NCBI GenBank assembly: GCA_043228905.1
Contig: JBHGNT010000010.1
Coordinates: 4,030,001 to 4,094,000 of the forward strand
DNA: 64,000 nucleotides
Reading direction: 5' to 3'
Source of the DNA: Azolla caroliniana
Lineage: Eukaryota > Plantae > Polypodiophyta
Shown: piece after piece, positions 49,501 to 63,560 of the stretch
Numbering within the stretch: position 1 is the stretch's first letter
Layout of the letters: each line of letters begins with the position of its first letter
Made by a program: the position numbers and the translations under genes
Notes under the pieces: model-generated
Database searches by the model: none
What the model saw: the letters and a program-made list of their open reading frames with translations, nothing else
What the model was told of the DNA's origin: nothing

Positions 49501-52500
49501 AATTTGTTGGGAAACGCAAGACACCCAACGAATTCCTGGATCGCGATTGTAAGCGACAACATCCTTTTTGCGTATTCTGCAAAAAGAAGGGTCATACAAA
49601 AGATCAATGTTTAAAGCTCCAACGGAAAGAGCACAACAACAAAGCTAAAGCTACAGCCATAAAGGTCAGATTCCTAATGTCCTTCAGGTCTATACACATC
49701 ATTTAAGTAATTATCAATGTTCTTTCCTTCACTATGTATTGGGTCCCAATGATTTACTACGTGCAAACGGGTATATCAATGGATCTCCCGTACAATTTTT
49801 GTTTGATTCGGGAAGCTCACACAACTTTCTGAATGATCATTTGGTTCATATATGGGGAATCCAACCCACCGTAAGTGATCACACCTACACAGTGCACTTG
49901 GCTGATGGAAGAGTACAATACATCAACAGGGCGATTCATTCATTAGGAATTTCTATTGATACTTATATAGAGGAAGTAGACTTCCATGTAATGAATCTTT
50001 GTACCACTGATGTAATATTGGGTTATCCCTGGTTTTATAATAAAAACTCTTCTTTATTTATTGATTGGGTTCGCCATTCCATTTCTTTTGTATTGAACGA
50101 TTGTACGCATTTTATTCAATGTATCAAAAAACAATCCCTCTCGATTGTTTCCTCGTGTTCATCAAAATCTGAGTTGTCTTGTTCTACGTTATTTTATTGT
50201 GTACTTGATCCGGACATGCACGTTTACAATATCGATAATGTCTTGGTTCAATAAACATATTTTGAACAACAACAACTTGATGAAATCTTAAATAATTTTC
50301 ATGATGTTTTTCCAAGTGAACTACCTGATGGGTTACCTCCTAAACGTAATATAGACCATCGTATAGATATTGTACCTGGTGTTGAACCCATAAGTATACC
50401 TTCGTATCGCTTAAGTCAATCCGAAGAAGATGAGGTATCTAAGCAACTCAAGGACTATTTACCAATGGGTTATATACATTATAGTAAATCTCCATGGGGT
50501 GCACCAGTTCTCTTGGTAAAAAAGAAAGAGGGCACATGGCGTATGTGTATCAATTACCGACGCTTGAATAAAGTGACGATCAAGAATTCATACCCATTGC
50601 CCCGGGCTAACGATCTAATTGACCGTCTCCAGGGAGCTCGATATTTTACGAAACTTGATCTCCGTACTGGCTACCATCAAATACGAATAAGTGAGAACGA
50701 TGTTCCTAAAACGGCATTTCCTACGTGTTATGGCCATTACGAGTTTTTGGTTATGCCTTTTGGTTTGATCAATGCTCCAGCTACTTTTCAACAAGAAATG
50801 AATGACATTTTTCGAGAACAACTTGGAAAATTTGTCGTTATTTTCATGGATGATATTTTAGTTTATAGCCGTACATTAAAAGAACATGCTAGACATGTCC
50901 GCTTTGTTTTACAAACATTGTGTGACAAACAGTTTTATGTGAAGATCTCAAAATGTCAATTCTTCAAGAAATCAATTACTTATCTAGGACATCTCATAAC
51001 CGAACGAGGAGTTGAAATTAATCCTTCTCACATTAAGAAAATCAAGCTTTGGCCCACTCTTCCGAATATTTGAGAAGTTCGATCATTCCTTGGTTTCGTC
51101 GGGTTTTTGCGAAAATCTCTTCGTAATTACTCTCAATTGATGACACCGTTTACTAATCTTCTAAAAGGTCAAACGCATAAGTCTACAAAACCTATTGTCT
51201 GGAATGCTACACTAGACCTCGCCTTGAAGGAACTCAAGGACCTGGTGTGCAAGGCTCCTTCACTACTTTTACTCGATCCTTCAAAACCTTTTGAGGTTGA
51301 AACCGATGCAAGCGATTATGCTATAGGTGTTGTCTTATATCAAGATGGTAAACCAATAACATTCGAGAGTAAGAAACTTGATTCTGCTCAATGTCAGTAT
51401 ACCGTTCAAGAAAAGGAATTATTTGCAGCTATACATGCGCTCAAAACATGGCGCCATTATCTTTATGGAAATCGCTTTGTGGTAACTACGAACCACGAGT
51501 CCTTGAGGTATTTTTGTGACCAACAAGACCTAAAAGGTCATAAGGCATGATGGGCTGATCTCATCCACGACTTTGATTTTTCCATACGATATCGTAAAGG
51601 TTCCATGAATACTTTCGTTGATGCACTAAGTCGCATCCGTGAAGTTAAATGCTTAGCTTCACTAAAATAACATCAGATCTTTATGATCACCTTAGAGGAA
51701 AGTATCCTGATGACAGTCATTTTGCAAAATACTGGCAAGAGTTGAGTCTAGAACAAACACCACCACATCCTCGAAGGAATACTTCCACATTGCTAACGGT
51801 CTGCTCTACCGTAATGGGAAGGTTTGTGTTCCAGATTTACCCGAGGTCAAAAAGAGGATTCTTTTTTAATGCCATGATGCACCCTCAGCAAGGCACCCTG
51901 GAATACATCGTACACTCGTTCTCATCTCCCCTCAATTTTATTGGCCTAAGATGTGCCCTGACATACATAGCTATGTCACTAAATGTCACCAATGTTAGGT
52001 TAACAAAGTCGAGCGACTTAAAGCTGCAAGACTTTTACATCCCTTGGACATTCCCAATAATAAGTGGGAAAGTATATCCATGGATTTTATTGTTAGCCTT
52101 CCTCACACCCAAAAAGGCCATGATGCCATCTGGGTTGTGGTTGATCGACTAACTAAAATGGCCAAATTTATTGCTACTAAAACCATGGTAACAACTCCTG
52201 AATTGGCTTACCAATTCGTTGATGAGTTATTTCGTTTTTATGGGTTACCGATGGATATCGTGAGTGATCGAGATCCAAAATTTACTAGTGACTTCTGGAC
52301 GCAAGTCTTTAAGAAGTAAGAAACTACGTTGAGCATGAGCTCCACGGATCATCCTCAATCCGATGGACAAACAGAACGAGTAAATCAAATTATTGAGGAC
52401 AAGTTTCGAGCATATGTTGGTATAAAACCAACAAAATGGGAACAATATCTCCCAATTTTGGAGTTTGCTTATAACAGTTCCAAGAATACGTCGACGGGAT

Positions 52501-52509
52501 ATAGTCCTT
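46582..52509 (+). mobile_element. Decayed Gypsy G2 (G1 family), 3' part lost after the B2 insertion
   Basis: 5' LTR 46582-47035 (TG..TA); PBS 47038-47049; gag-pol from 48732 with many stops. Confidence 0.93.
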
Positions 52510-55500
52510 TGTTGAGCGGCAAGCTCAACCGGAGCCGGATCGGCTGAATAAGCCGGAGCCGGTAAGCGAGACGGATCGGGCGAAACAGATCGGTATGACG
52601 GTGAGCAACCGAACCGGCAAGCAGTGGAGGCCGGGTGCAATCCGTAACCGGCAGTCCAATCGGAAGCCTAGTATAGGATAGACTACTAGGTAGCTATAGT
52701 CTCGTAGTAAGTGTCAGATGCTCGTGTGAGCATTGAAGTATATGGTACTTCTATCAGTCCCAAGAGGACTTGTATAAATAGTGCTACTTAGCACAGTGTG
52801 TATACAGAGAGACCCAATATAATTTTGAAATTGTGTTCTGCTCTCTCTCTCTCTCTCTCTCTGTGTTGTTCTCTGTTTTACGCTTCCGCAAACACTTACG
52901 TTTACATGGTATCAGAGCGTGAGGGTTGAGAACCTCTGCTGCAGACATTTGCTCTTGAGAAGAAAACCCTAACAGGTCGAAAACAGACACAATAGAAGAC
53001 ATGGATAGAGGAGAGGCATGGCTACGTCGCTCCCGGTGGAGAAGCTCGACATGAGCAACTACGCATCCTGGTCTTACAAGATGCACCAGTACCTGCTTGG
53101 ACACGAGTACTGGAGTTATGTCGAAGGAGCGAATGATGCGGCGCCAGACTCGGCACACAAGGACTTCCCGGTATGGGAACAGGCGGCAAGCAGGGTGATG
53201 TACTACTTCGCGTCCAGTGTCGGCGATCAGCTGCTCAGCCACATCCGTGACGCCAAGACATCGAAGGATGCTTGGGGGAACCTGAAAAAGGTTTTCGCCG
53301 CAAGCACCACTGCCCGGAAGCTGCAACTCAGACAGGAGTTGAGCAATGTTCGACAGAAGAACATGTCCGTGGCAGACCACACGGACCGGATAAAGGAGAT
53401 CTGCGACTCGCTCGCCTCTATCAATGTTACCGTAGAGGAAGACGAGATGGTGCAGGTATGTCTCGGAGGCCTGGCGTCCAAGTTCGGAGCGTTCCGGACT
53501 GCGGTGTGTACAAGGGAGAATACCCCCTCATTCTTCGACTTACAGTCAATGCTCCTTGTAGAGGAGAACCACGCCGGTGCATCTAACAGTGCATCCCCGA
53601 ACAGCCGAATGTTGTACACGGGAACGGATCGGCTCCGTGGGCATGGTGGAAGAGGTGGGTCGGCACGCAATGGAGGCGGCCGGCAAGAGCAGGAACGGTG
53701 GCACTATGAGCGTGCCAACAGCAGTTCCGGGACTTCCACAAGCAGGGGGAGTCAAGGCGGTGCCGGAGACCGGCAAGATAAATCCGCTACGGAATGCTAG
53801 TACTGTGGCAAAAAAGGCCATAGGGAAAGCAAGTGTTGGAGAAAGTGTGCCGATTCGGACAAATCCGGATCCGGCAAGACCGGTAAGGATGGCCGGCAAA
53901 ACTCGCACTACGCAAACGGATCAGGAGGATCCGGAACCGGAAAGGCCGGTAAGGGGCCAGCCTTGGTGATGAATCACAAGGCAAACTCAATGAAGAAGAC
54001 CACTTCCAAAATGGAGGAAGTGTGGTATGTTGATTCCAGCGCGTCGAACCACATGACGAGCCACAAAGAGTGGTTCTCCTTTCTGGAGAAACCGGATCAA
54101 CCAGGAGTAGTCGAAACCGGAGACGACACTCCTCACCCAATCGTGCACGTCAGAGAAGTCCCTCTAAGCCACGTCGAACAGAAAGGGAAGCTAATGAACG
54201 TATTACACGTTCCGACAATCACGAAGAACCTGGTGTCCGTCGGTCAGATTGTCGACCAGGGGATGCAGGTGCGGTTTACGCACCTCGGGTGCTTCATTGA
54301 GGATGAGGGCGAGGTCATTGCGCAAGGGCGCAGAGACGGGAGGATGTTTATCCTCAACACCAATGACATTGGCACCGCTCTGTTCGTGAATCGATAGAAG
54401 GTCGAGTCGGACATCGACCTGTGGCACAAGCGGATAGGCCACGTCAACTACCAGAGGCTTCAATACCTACAAACGAAACAAGTCGTTTTCAGTTTGCCGA
54501 AGTTCAGCGGCCGGAGAGCCCAAATTTGTGAAGCCTGCCAACTTGGGAAGCAACACCGGCTTCCATTCCCCACCGAACGGAACCGGAGCCGTAACAAGCT
54601 CGATCTCATCCATTCGGATGTGTGGGGACCGGCACAAAGTGTAAGCCTTGGTGGGAGCCGATACTTCGTCTCCTTCATCGACGACTATACTCGACATACT
54701 TGGATCTACCTCATTGAGCGGAAGAGCGAAGTCTTCGACTGTTTCCGGAGCCTCCAGAAGATGGTGGAACGGGAATCGGAGAGGAAGATCAAATGCCTTC
54801 GGTCAATTCACTAGTTATCTACAACAGAAGGGAATTCGGCGAGAGTTCAGGTGCAGATACACACCGGAGCAAAACGGTGTGGCCGAAAGGAAGAACCGGA
54901 CACTTGTCGAAGCGGCAAGGGCGATGCTGGAGGAGAAGAGCATGCCCCGGTTCTACTGGGCGGAGGCAGTCCGGACGGCCGTCTACATACAAAACCGCAT
55001 TGGTGACAACGTGTCAGCTCATGAGCTGTATTTCGGGCGCAAGCCGAACTTAAGACACCTTCGGATATTCGGAAGCATAGCGTATGTGCATGTGCCGGAT
55101 CAGAAGCGGAGAAAGCTGGATGCAAAATCGGAAAAATGCATCCTCGTCGGCTATGCTCAAGAGCAAAAGGGGTATAAGTGCGATAACCCCCGGACGAAGG
55201 AAGTCCGGCTTAGCCGGGATGTCGAGTTCGATGAAACGGCATCCTGGTACTCCGTACCGACTCCGACTTCCGATCCCGAGCCAATGTCGGAAGATCAGGC
55301 CAGTGAGCCTGAATTAGCCCTGGTAGAGGATGATGATGCCGGGACTCAAGATGAGAGTCCGAAATCGTTACGGTTGAGTGGACTGAACGAGCGACTGAGT
55401 CGGTTGGACCAGTCGGATGAAGAGACGACAAGTGGTGGAGACTCTATCGTGCTCTCCCCGCGCAAGGCACCGAGGAAACGGTTCACTCGCAAAGAGAAGG

Positions 55501-57580
55501 GGAAGAGGAAGATGCCGGAATTCGAAACCGGCAACGATGAGTCGGATCGGTGCGTATCCGACTCCGGAAAGGAGAAAGGCGGATCTTCGGCAACGAAGAC
55601 CGAACTGGCCAAGAAGGGCCTCAAATCAGGTGACGGTGCGTTGCGCCGATCAACCCGCCAGAAGGATCCCGTCATGCGGTACAGGTACAATAAATACATG
55701 GCGCATCATTATGCGTACATGTTTAAGGTGACAAAAGTGTGTGAGCCGGAGAGCTACGCAGAAGCGGCAAAGGATGCAAATTGGCGTGCCGCTATGGACG
55801 AAGAAATGCGGGCACTCGATGCCAACGAAACTTGGAACCTAGTTGATCCTCCCCGTCCATGTAAACCAATCGGATGCAAGTGGGTGTACAAGGTCAAGTA
55901 CAACGCCGACGGTTCTGTTAACCGGTACAAAGCCCGGTTAGTGGCGAAGGGATACGCGCAGACCTACGGAATCGACTACGACGAGACCTTCGCTCATGTG
56001 GCGAAGATGACGACAGTTCGTGTGGTACTGGCGGTTGTTGCGGCAAGGGGGTGGCATCTTCACCAGATGGATGTGAAGAACGCCTTCCTTCAAGGAGAGC
56101 TTGAAGAAGAAGTCTTTATGACTCAGCCCCCCGGATTTCAATCGGAGATGAACAAGTCGGCGGTATGCCGACTGAAGAAGTCGCTTTACGGCTTGAAGCA
56201 AGCCCCCCGAGCTTGGAACACGAAGATCACGCACCGGTTGCGTAAGCTGGGATTTTTTGTCTCTAAGTTGGACTCTTCGTTGTTCATCCGGCAAGGCTTT
56301 GACAGTCCGATATGTATACTCTTGTATGTGGATGATTTAGTCATCACCGGACCGGGTCTTCCCGAAATCAACCGCGTCAAGTCCCAGTTGTCGGACGCAT
56401 TCGAAATGAAGGACCTGGGGGACCTTCATTATTTTCTTGGGATCGAAGTGATCCGGACCCCCGACGGCATATTGCTCTCACAACGACATTACGTGTTGAA
56501 TATGCTGTATAAGTTCGGCATGACGGATTGCCGACCTGTCTCCACACCCCTGGACCGGAACCAGAAGCTCCGTCCCAACTCCGGACCGGCCTTCACTGAG
56601 AAACGGTTCCGACAAGTTGTCGGAAGCCTGATCTACTTAACCATCACCCGACCCGACATCAGCTATCCGGTCGGGATGGTAAGTCAGTTCATGCAGAAGC
56701 CGACCGTGGAGCACCTTCAGTGCGCGCAACGAATATTACGGTATGTCAGCGACACTAAGGACCGGGGACTGCTATACCGGCGAGGTATACCCGAAGAGCT
56801 TGTCAATTACACAGATGCTGATTGGGCCGACGATGCGTCTGATTGCCGCTCCACTTCCGGATACATGTTCTCCATAGGTAGCGCGGCCGTTGCGTGGAGC
56901 AGCAAGATGCAGCCCACAGTGGCTTTGTCAAGCACTGAGGCTGAGTACCGGGCCGCTACCGTTGCCACTTGTGAAGCCATCTAGCTTCGGCGACTGCTGC
57001 GAGACTTGTGGATCGAGGTACCGACCCCGATCCCGATTTACTGCGATAACATGAGCAGCCTGCAACTCGCCAGGAACCGTATGTTCCATGCTCGCACAAA
57101 GCACATTGAGGTGCACTACCACTTCGTGCGTGAGCGGGTCCTGAGCGGTGAAGTTGACCTACGGTATGTTCATACGGATCGGCAAGTTGCCGACATCTTC
57201 ACCAAGCCGCTCGGATCGGACAAGTTGCAGCACTTTACCGACATGCTTGGTATTCAGCATCTCAACGTGCCGCACTTGAGTGGGAGAAGCAAGGGCAAAG
57301 TCTCTGTCGAAACGGGCAATGGCCAAAAAACTGTTGAACCCGTCGGTAAGAGGAGAGCCGGAAGAAGAGGAGACAAGAAGATGAAGGAAGCCGAGTCGAC
57401 GAAGGAAGTCGACACATCCGAACAGGTCGGAGCAAGCGGCTGTGAAGAAGAGTTGTGCACTCAGGAAGAGAAGCGCATGTTGTGCGGAGGTCATCACGAC
57501 GGTACTGACCATGATACAGAGTCGAATGAAGAATTCGATTTCGGTTCACCGGTTGAAGAAGCCGAGGGAAGCATGGAGAA
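52510..57580 (+). mobile_element. Copia B2, 3'-truncated, inserted in G2 integrase
   Basis: 5' LTR 52510-52906; PBS 52907-52918; gag from 53018; pol with stops and a frameshift. Confidence 0.93.
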
Positions 57581-58305
57581 ATCAAAGTCCTGGATGAGAT
57601 CAGCCCATCGTGCCTTACAACCTTTCACGTCTTGTTGGTCACAAAAATATTTCAAGGACTCGTGGTTTGTGGTTACCACAAAGCAATTTCCATAAAGATA
57701 ATGGCACCATGTTTTGAGCGCATGTATAACTACAAATAATTCCTTTTCTTGAACAGTATACCGACATTGAGCAAAATCAAGTTTCTTACTCTCGAATGTT
57801 ATTGGTTTACCATCTTGATATAAGACAGCACCTATAGCATAATCGCTTGCATCAATTTTAACCTCAAAAGGTTTTAAAGGATCGAGTAAAAGAAGTGAAG
57901 GAGCCTTGCATACCAGGTCCTTGAGTTCCTTAAAGGCGAGGTCAAGTGTAGCATTCCAGACAATAGGTTTTGTAGACTTACGCGTTTGACCTTTTAAAAG
58001 ATCAATAAACGGCATCGTCAATTGGGAGTAATTACGAAGGGATTTTCGCAAAAACCCGACAAAACCAAGGAATGATCGAACTTCTCAAATATTCGGAAGA
58101 GTGGGCCAAAGCTTGATTTTCTCAATGCAAGAAGGATCAATTTCAACTCCTCGTTCGGTTATGCCGATCGAGGCTCGAGTCCATCTCGATCTCTTCGCTC
58201 GAGGGTGGTTGGGTGGATCGGCACCCTTCTCTCTCTCTCTCCTTTCTATCGATCTATCTATATTCTATCCTTATCTAATGCTTACATTAGTTTATGTCTC
58301 TTATA
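57574..58305. mobile_element. Gypsy G1-family scraps: RT/RNase H fragment (-, 57574-58161) fused to an LTR 3' half (+, about 58162-58305)
   Basis: Homology to about 2800-3390 and to about 46895-47035. Confidence 0.85.
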
Positions 58306-59478
58306 GTACCCTTTGACACTGCAAGAATATATGAAATTCAAAAAGCTTACAGAATCATATGCGGGCTTACGAATTTTCTGTTGATTGCAAAATGGGCAAT
58401 GTCATCGGAAGAATCCAAAAACATGCCCACGCAAAAAAGATTGCAAACAATTTGTGATCTTCTAGTCAGGTGTCACACCCATAAGCAGATGGCTAAAATG
58501 GCAAACTTTGGATCCATGCACATTGCAGTTAAGTAAATGGCTACACAAAAGAATGAAATTACGATGTCAGCCATAAGAAGGCAGTTCCTGCAGTGGTTAT
58601 GCCTATTCTTGTCGTCAATCACAACTCTTCAAACTCACAACATTTCCTTATATTTGTTAGCATCAGCCAAGCTACCATTACAAAATCTTCTGCATTATCA
58701 CCCTGTGTCTTATGCCACAAAATTACAGGTTCTAAATCTGGTTATTACGAGTGCCATCAATGTATCAAATGGCCAAGTATGGATGCTGAATAGCATCTTG
58801 TAGCACTACATATCTGGTTCTCTTTGTTACCAATGATACACCTATCCCTGCAATCTGCCTCATGTCCCTGAGCGTATCTCTAACAAGACTGTCAATGGTT
58901 ATCTTTCCTTAAGTAGAAAGCAGAAACTGGATAAAGCTGTAGCTTAAATGAACTTGACAATCCATCTCCCTCTAGCCAAAAAATAATAAATAATAATAAT
59001 ATCGAAAGCTGGACAATAGCATGGTTAAAGGCCCAACAAGACTTCCATCACTAGAAGACAAATTTACTCTTTTTAAACATACACAAACCTCAAATCAACA
59101 AAAGAAAATTTTAGTTCCTTAACCTCTCAGAGAAAGGGTGTAACCTGAAACACTTTACAAGTTGTTAAAAGTATATTCTACTTACAATTCCTTGACCTTT
59201 CAGAGAAACCTGAAGTACTTTACAAATTTTCATAAGTATATTCTACTTACTTACAGCCTATGTATACACACAATTCAAAATGTGTATGTATATACATGAA
59301 GATACGAAAAACTACAGCAAATACCCATAGAGCAAGCCTCACTAATTGTAAGGAGGGGCTGTGTTATCTCTCTTACTGACCCTTTCATAACCATTGGGAA
59401 CAATGTTTTCATGGGAATTTGAAGCTAACGAAGGCTTAAAATAAAACTTTAAACCAGAGTTCCAGGGATCATAATAGC

Positions 59479-60809
59479 TTAAACTTGCCCAGCTTGAAAC
59501 AGGTACCTAACCTCTGTGGCTGCTATTGTAGCTTCCTGAATTCGTTCATGCCCAAATTTCACGTCAAATGTCCTCCAAAAGAGCTGGCATACAGAAAGTT
59601 CAAAACAATGCCATACCTGCTGCTGTCTTCTAATTTGCAGAGCATTCATTGCACGTGCCATAATGTAGCAAGGAATGAGAAAACCAGCAGCCCTTACAAG
59701 AGAGAGCTGCGACAAACTCAATTAAACATGAACAGAAGGTACTGATTCAATATTAAATACACAAAACCCTCCCTCCCTAGATATGGGCTCCAGTTCAGGG
59801 CCTCGTGATCAGCGATCACAACTATCAAATCAAGACCTATAAGAGGGTGCATGGGATCAAATGCAGCACTCCAGGAGTGATAATCCCACTACCCCTATAC
59901 TCTAGGGTTCTTCAACTCTAGGGTTCTTATACTATTTTTGTTTGCCTTAGTATCATATATCAGATGATGGTTATATCTTTGAAATTTGCTCCCAATATTT
60001 ACATCTCTCCTCCCTCTATTTCTCGTACAATTACCATGAAAAAGGTTGAGACATCTTCATCATCTGCACCCGTCATTGAGAGGATGTGTCGGAGGAGCAA
60101 CAAAGCCACAAGCTTACAAATTTTGGACAAAAGCATCATCAGTGAGCCAATAAACATTAAAAAAGTAAACGATGCTATTGCTTTACCATGTACTTTTACC
60201 CCGTTTGACTACTTGCAAAGCATAAAATAGGTACCATGAGGGCAACAGATCGAAAGCAAGCTGCACTGTGTGCATGTGATCCTGCATATTCATCATAGTC
60301 GGATTCCAAAAACTGATGATCAGAGGCCAAGGCAAAAAGCCTAGGTTGGCCACTTGCAATGTCCCAGCCAGCACTGCCAGGAATTCAGTATACTCAATGA
60401 CGTTAAGAGATGTCTTTTTTATTTTAAACAACTTAGAAAAACCTGGTATTATAGTAAGACAGGTCTCAGGCTAGAAGTCACGGCACTTACTTCTCGAAAA
60501 TCCCTAAATTATAAGAAATTAATGCAATTAATATCTACAGTATCAGCAACAGAATATATTGGAACTTACCCTACATTGATTGGGATACTATCAGCTCCAG
60601 CAGGTTGTATGCATACATAGCCACCTTCAAAAGGCTGTACCATAGGAATGAAAACAAGCTTATCCACAATTGCAAGAATATATATCATAAGCATAATTCC
60701 AAGAGTTACAATGTGTAAAGCAGATTGATCACAATACCTTTTGGCATATTTCACACACGGTATCCCCTTTCTCATTGCACCAATGTTGAATGCATTTATG
60801 GTGAGCAAA
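59479..60809 (-). CDS. Host RING-CH (MARCH-type) E3 ubiquitin ligase with DUF3675, 3' exons: 60738-60809, 60570-60634, 60235-60373, 60035-60112, 59617-59706, 59479-59535
   Basis: GT-AG introns in phase; FAHHKCIQHWCNEKGDTVCEICQK / PFEGGY / FLESDYDEYA..AACFRSVALM / LVALLLLRHIL / LVRAAGFLIPCYIMARA..RRQQQ / EATIAATEV; the first half of the RING was not found in the window. Confidence 0.9.
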
Positions 60810-61514
60810 CTGAAAATAAGCATGCAAAGAAGAGGTCAAAATTATCAGCATCTAAAATATGTAATCAAATGTAGCAAAAAATAATCAGTATAACCAAAAA
60901 TCTGAACATTAAAAAATAGATTGTTATAAACTCTATACCAAGCATGAACACTATGTTATAACATCTATATAGGGTGAGTTACTACCAGTCTAAAGTGGTT
61001 CTCTCATAACATTTGCAACGATAGATTAGCCATTAGGTAACTTTAAGTCACCAAAACAGGAATGGACAAGCGTACCAGATGAATAAGCTTTAATTGAAAC
61101 AAAGATTAAAAACAAACTCTATAGAAATCTGAACATTATGCTATAGCATCTACATGGTCTGGGGTTCCACCTGCAGTAAAGCAACTCTCCCGTATGACTT
61201 GGCAAGATAACGTGTTCATAAGGTATGGAACATAAAGTTCATGTGCATGGTATTTGATCAGTGCACTGGCTAGTCACACAAGACAAGGATGACCAAACAT
61301 ATCAGAGGAACAAAAGTTTAGGAATAGAATAGACTAGATTTTTTATCATCCACGAAGAGAAAACAAATAAACATATCAAATTGCTGAGATGGTTATTGCT
61401 CTGTAGTAAACAATCTTGATGTGAAAACAATGCACGCACACACATGCTCACCCGCTTGTTAGATATTTGAGTATGACAAATAAATTATAATGGAGTCTAG
61501 CAAGTCATCATACA

Positions 61515-61850
61515 TCTCGCAAATTACCTTATATATCAAACATTCGAGAAGTGAGTGATATTCATCCTCCACTAGGTTTTCATTGTGTACATTACATATC
61601 TTCATACTTGGGTGATGATGCCATGAAGCTAACTCGACACTTCATTTGTGCGGGGGAGTTTGAAGAAGTGTTAAGGCTTTTCAAGATCTCACAAATTACC
61701 TTATATATTAAACAGTGGAGAAGTAAGTGGTACTCATCCTCCACTAGGTTTTCATTGCATACATTGCATATCTTCATACTTGGGGGATGATGCCATGAAG
61801 CTAACACAACACTTGGTTTGTGTGGGAGAGTTTGAAAAAGTGTTAAGGCT
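61515..61850 (-). mobile_element. Intronic LINE 3' remnant (CCHC zinc knuckle), tandemly duplicated about 170 bp
   Basis: CNVCNENLVEDEYHLLLHC motif; two adjacent diverged copies. Confidence 0.65.
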
Positions 61851-62743
61851 CATGGGGGTAATAAGATGTGATTGGATATGTTCTAGCATTTTTACCTTGT
61901 ATTGGGGCCATGTTGGGGTCTAACATTTGCAATGTAATATTCCAATTTTGACATTTTGGTATCTTGCCACTTCATCCTTATGCCTCTAGTACTCTATACT
62001 CAATGATCACATACTTCATAGCATTCCCTCAAAGTTCTAACAGATTATTTACTCCCCATCTTTTAAACCATTTCATAATCTCAAGCACACAGCCAGATGA
62101 GAGGATTTTGCTCTTATTAGTTGTGTATCTTGCATCCTATGTTCCACACCTGTTTCGGAAATCTGTGATTGGGCATATTATTGACAGCAAGAGACAACAA
62201 TCTCAAAAGAAAAGAAGGAAGATTCCACAAAAAATCCTAATATAGACATAGAAAAAGAAGGTGCAAAGAAAGGGGATTGTAGATAAATAGATTACTGTTT
62301 GGCAGCCAAATATACCCATGGAACCAAAAGGCATAAACCTAGCAATTAGGGGTATTATATCTATCAAGACCATTAGAGATATAAAAAGAAACTAACAAAA
62401 ATTAATAAGAAGCAAAAGGGAAGATAATAGATAGATTATTGTCTTCATTAGGTAACAATGACCCAGGGAACCCCATAGAGCATAAAGAAATTCAAAACTA
62501 GCTATCTCATTTTGTATCTTATAGGGGGATCTATTTTCGTTACCCAATCTCCACAGTCATATTTTATGTCCCAAGTGAAATAACTAATTGATGACAATGT
62601 GAGAGAATCATACAAACAAAATGAACAAAGAAAAATATATACAGGGGTTGGAAACTATATGCACAATAAGTGATTAAGAGTGCAAGACTAATATAGATGG
62701 GTGAGAAGCTGGCAGATACAAATGGCTAAAAAGAAAAACGGAG

Positions 62744-62975
62744 GCCTGAGAATAAATTGTACTAAGGAAGAAAATTAGTTCATGGGTTCAAACCAAGATG
62801 TACAACTGATTGGTGGAAGAGGAGCATGGTTGTATTTAAACAGCCATCAACAAACAACAGAGACCTGAGAATAAATAGTGCTAAGGATCAAAACTAGTTC
62901 ACATGTTCAAACCAAGATGTACAGCTCATTGGTGGAAGACAGGGATGGTTGTATTTAAAGAGCCATAAACAAACA
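62744..62975. repeat. Two-copy tandem duplication of about 119 bp in the intron
   Basis: cctgagaataaat...ttcaaaccaagatgtaca..attggtggaaga..atggttgtatttaaa occurs twice. Confidence 0.8.
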
Positions 62976-63139
62976 TACTTACACTACTCTCTGGAAGGAT
63001 CTTCAGGATTTGGCTGAAAATCTAGATCAAGACTCATAGAAAAAGAGGATAGAATTTATAGGTCACAGCCTGTCCTGATGATATTAATGACCTGGTAGTG
63101 AGATTGCTAGCACCTCCCGCAACCAAATAACAAAGAGAA

Positions 63140-63560
63140 GTTAAAGATGGGCCTGTAATATCATCAAATGTACCACCACGGTGTAGATATCAGAAGCATT
63201 ATTAGAAGAGGGAAAATATGTGGAATCTCCACTAATCACACCGTCCCAAAAATAATGGTATTGTATTTTGATGAAATCCGCTCCCAAACCTACTGACAAT
63301 ATATGTGAAGGTCTCCAGCAATACATGCCCATGAACATATTGGTATGGTACTTTATCAAAATCCACTCCAAGATGCTAAGGGTAACCTTTTGCATCAGCC
63401 AAGCTTTATATTTTTGCCTGAAGTTCTACCAAACATCAACGGTTTTTCATTTCACTCGCCAAAGGACCAATTCCGAAGCATTTTTACATTCAATGGCCTA
63501 AATTTCAGCTAGCATTGCATCATGCCAATGGAATAGCTAGAGTCTCATTAATATGTGCCA
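63140..63560 (-). pseudogene. Very decayed Copia RT remnant in the intron
   Basis: Minus-strand frames give WHDAMLAEI*AIE and QKYKA, resembling the Copia RT N-terminus. Confidence 0.4.

Noticed and set aside
57494-58051. Novel fusion proteins across the B2/Gypsy junction
   Set aside because: Accidental read-through of a deletion junction between decayed elements.
58294-58803. Short ORFs as a second host gene
   Set aside because: No recognisable domain or exon structure; probably 3' UTR or intergenic.
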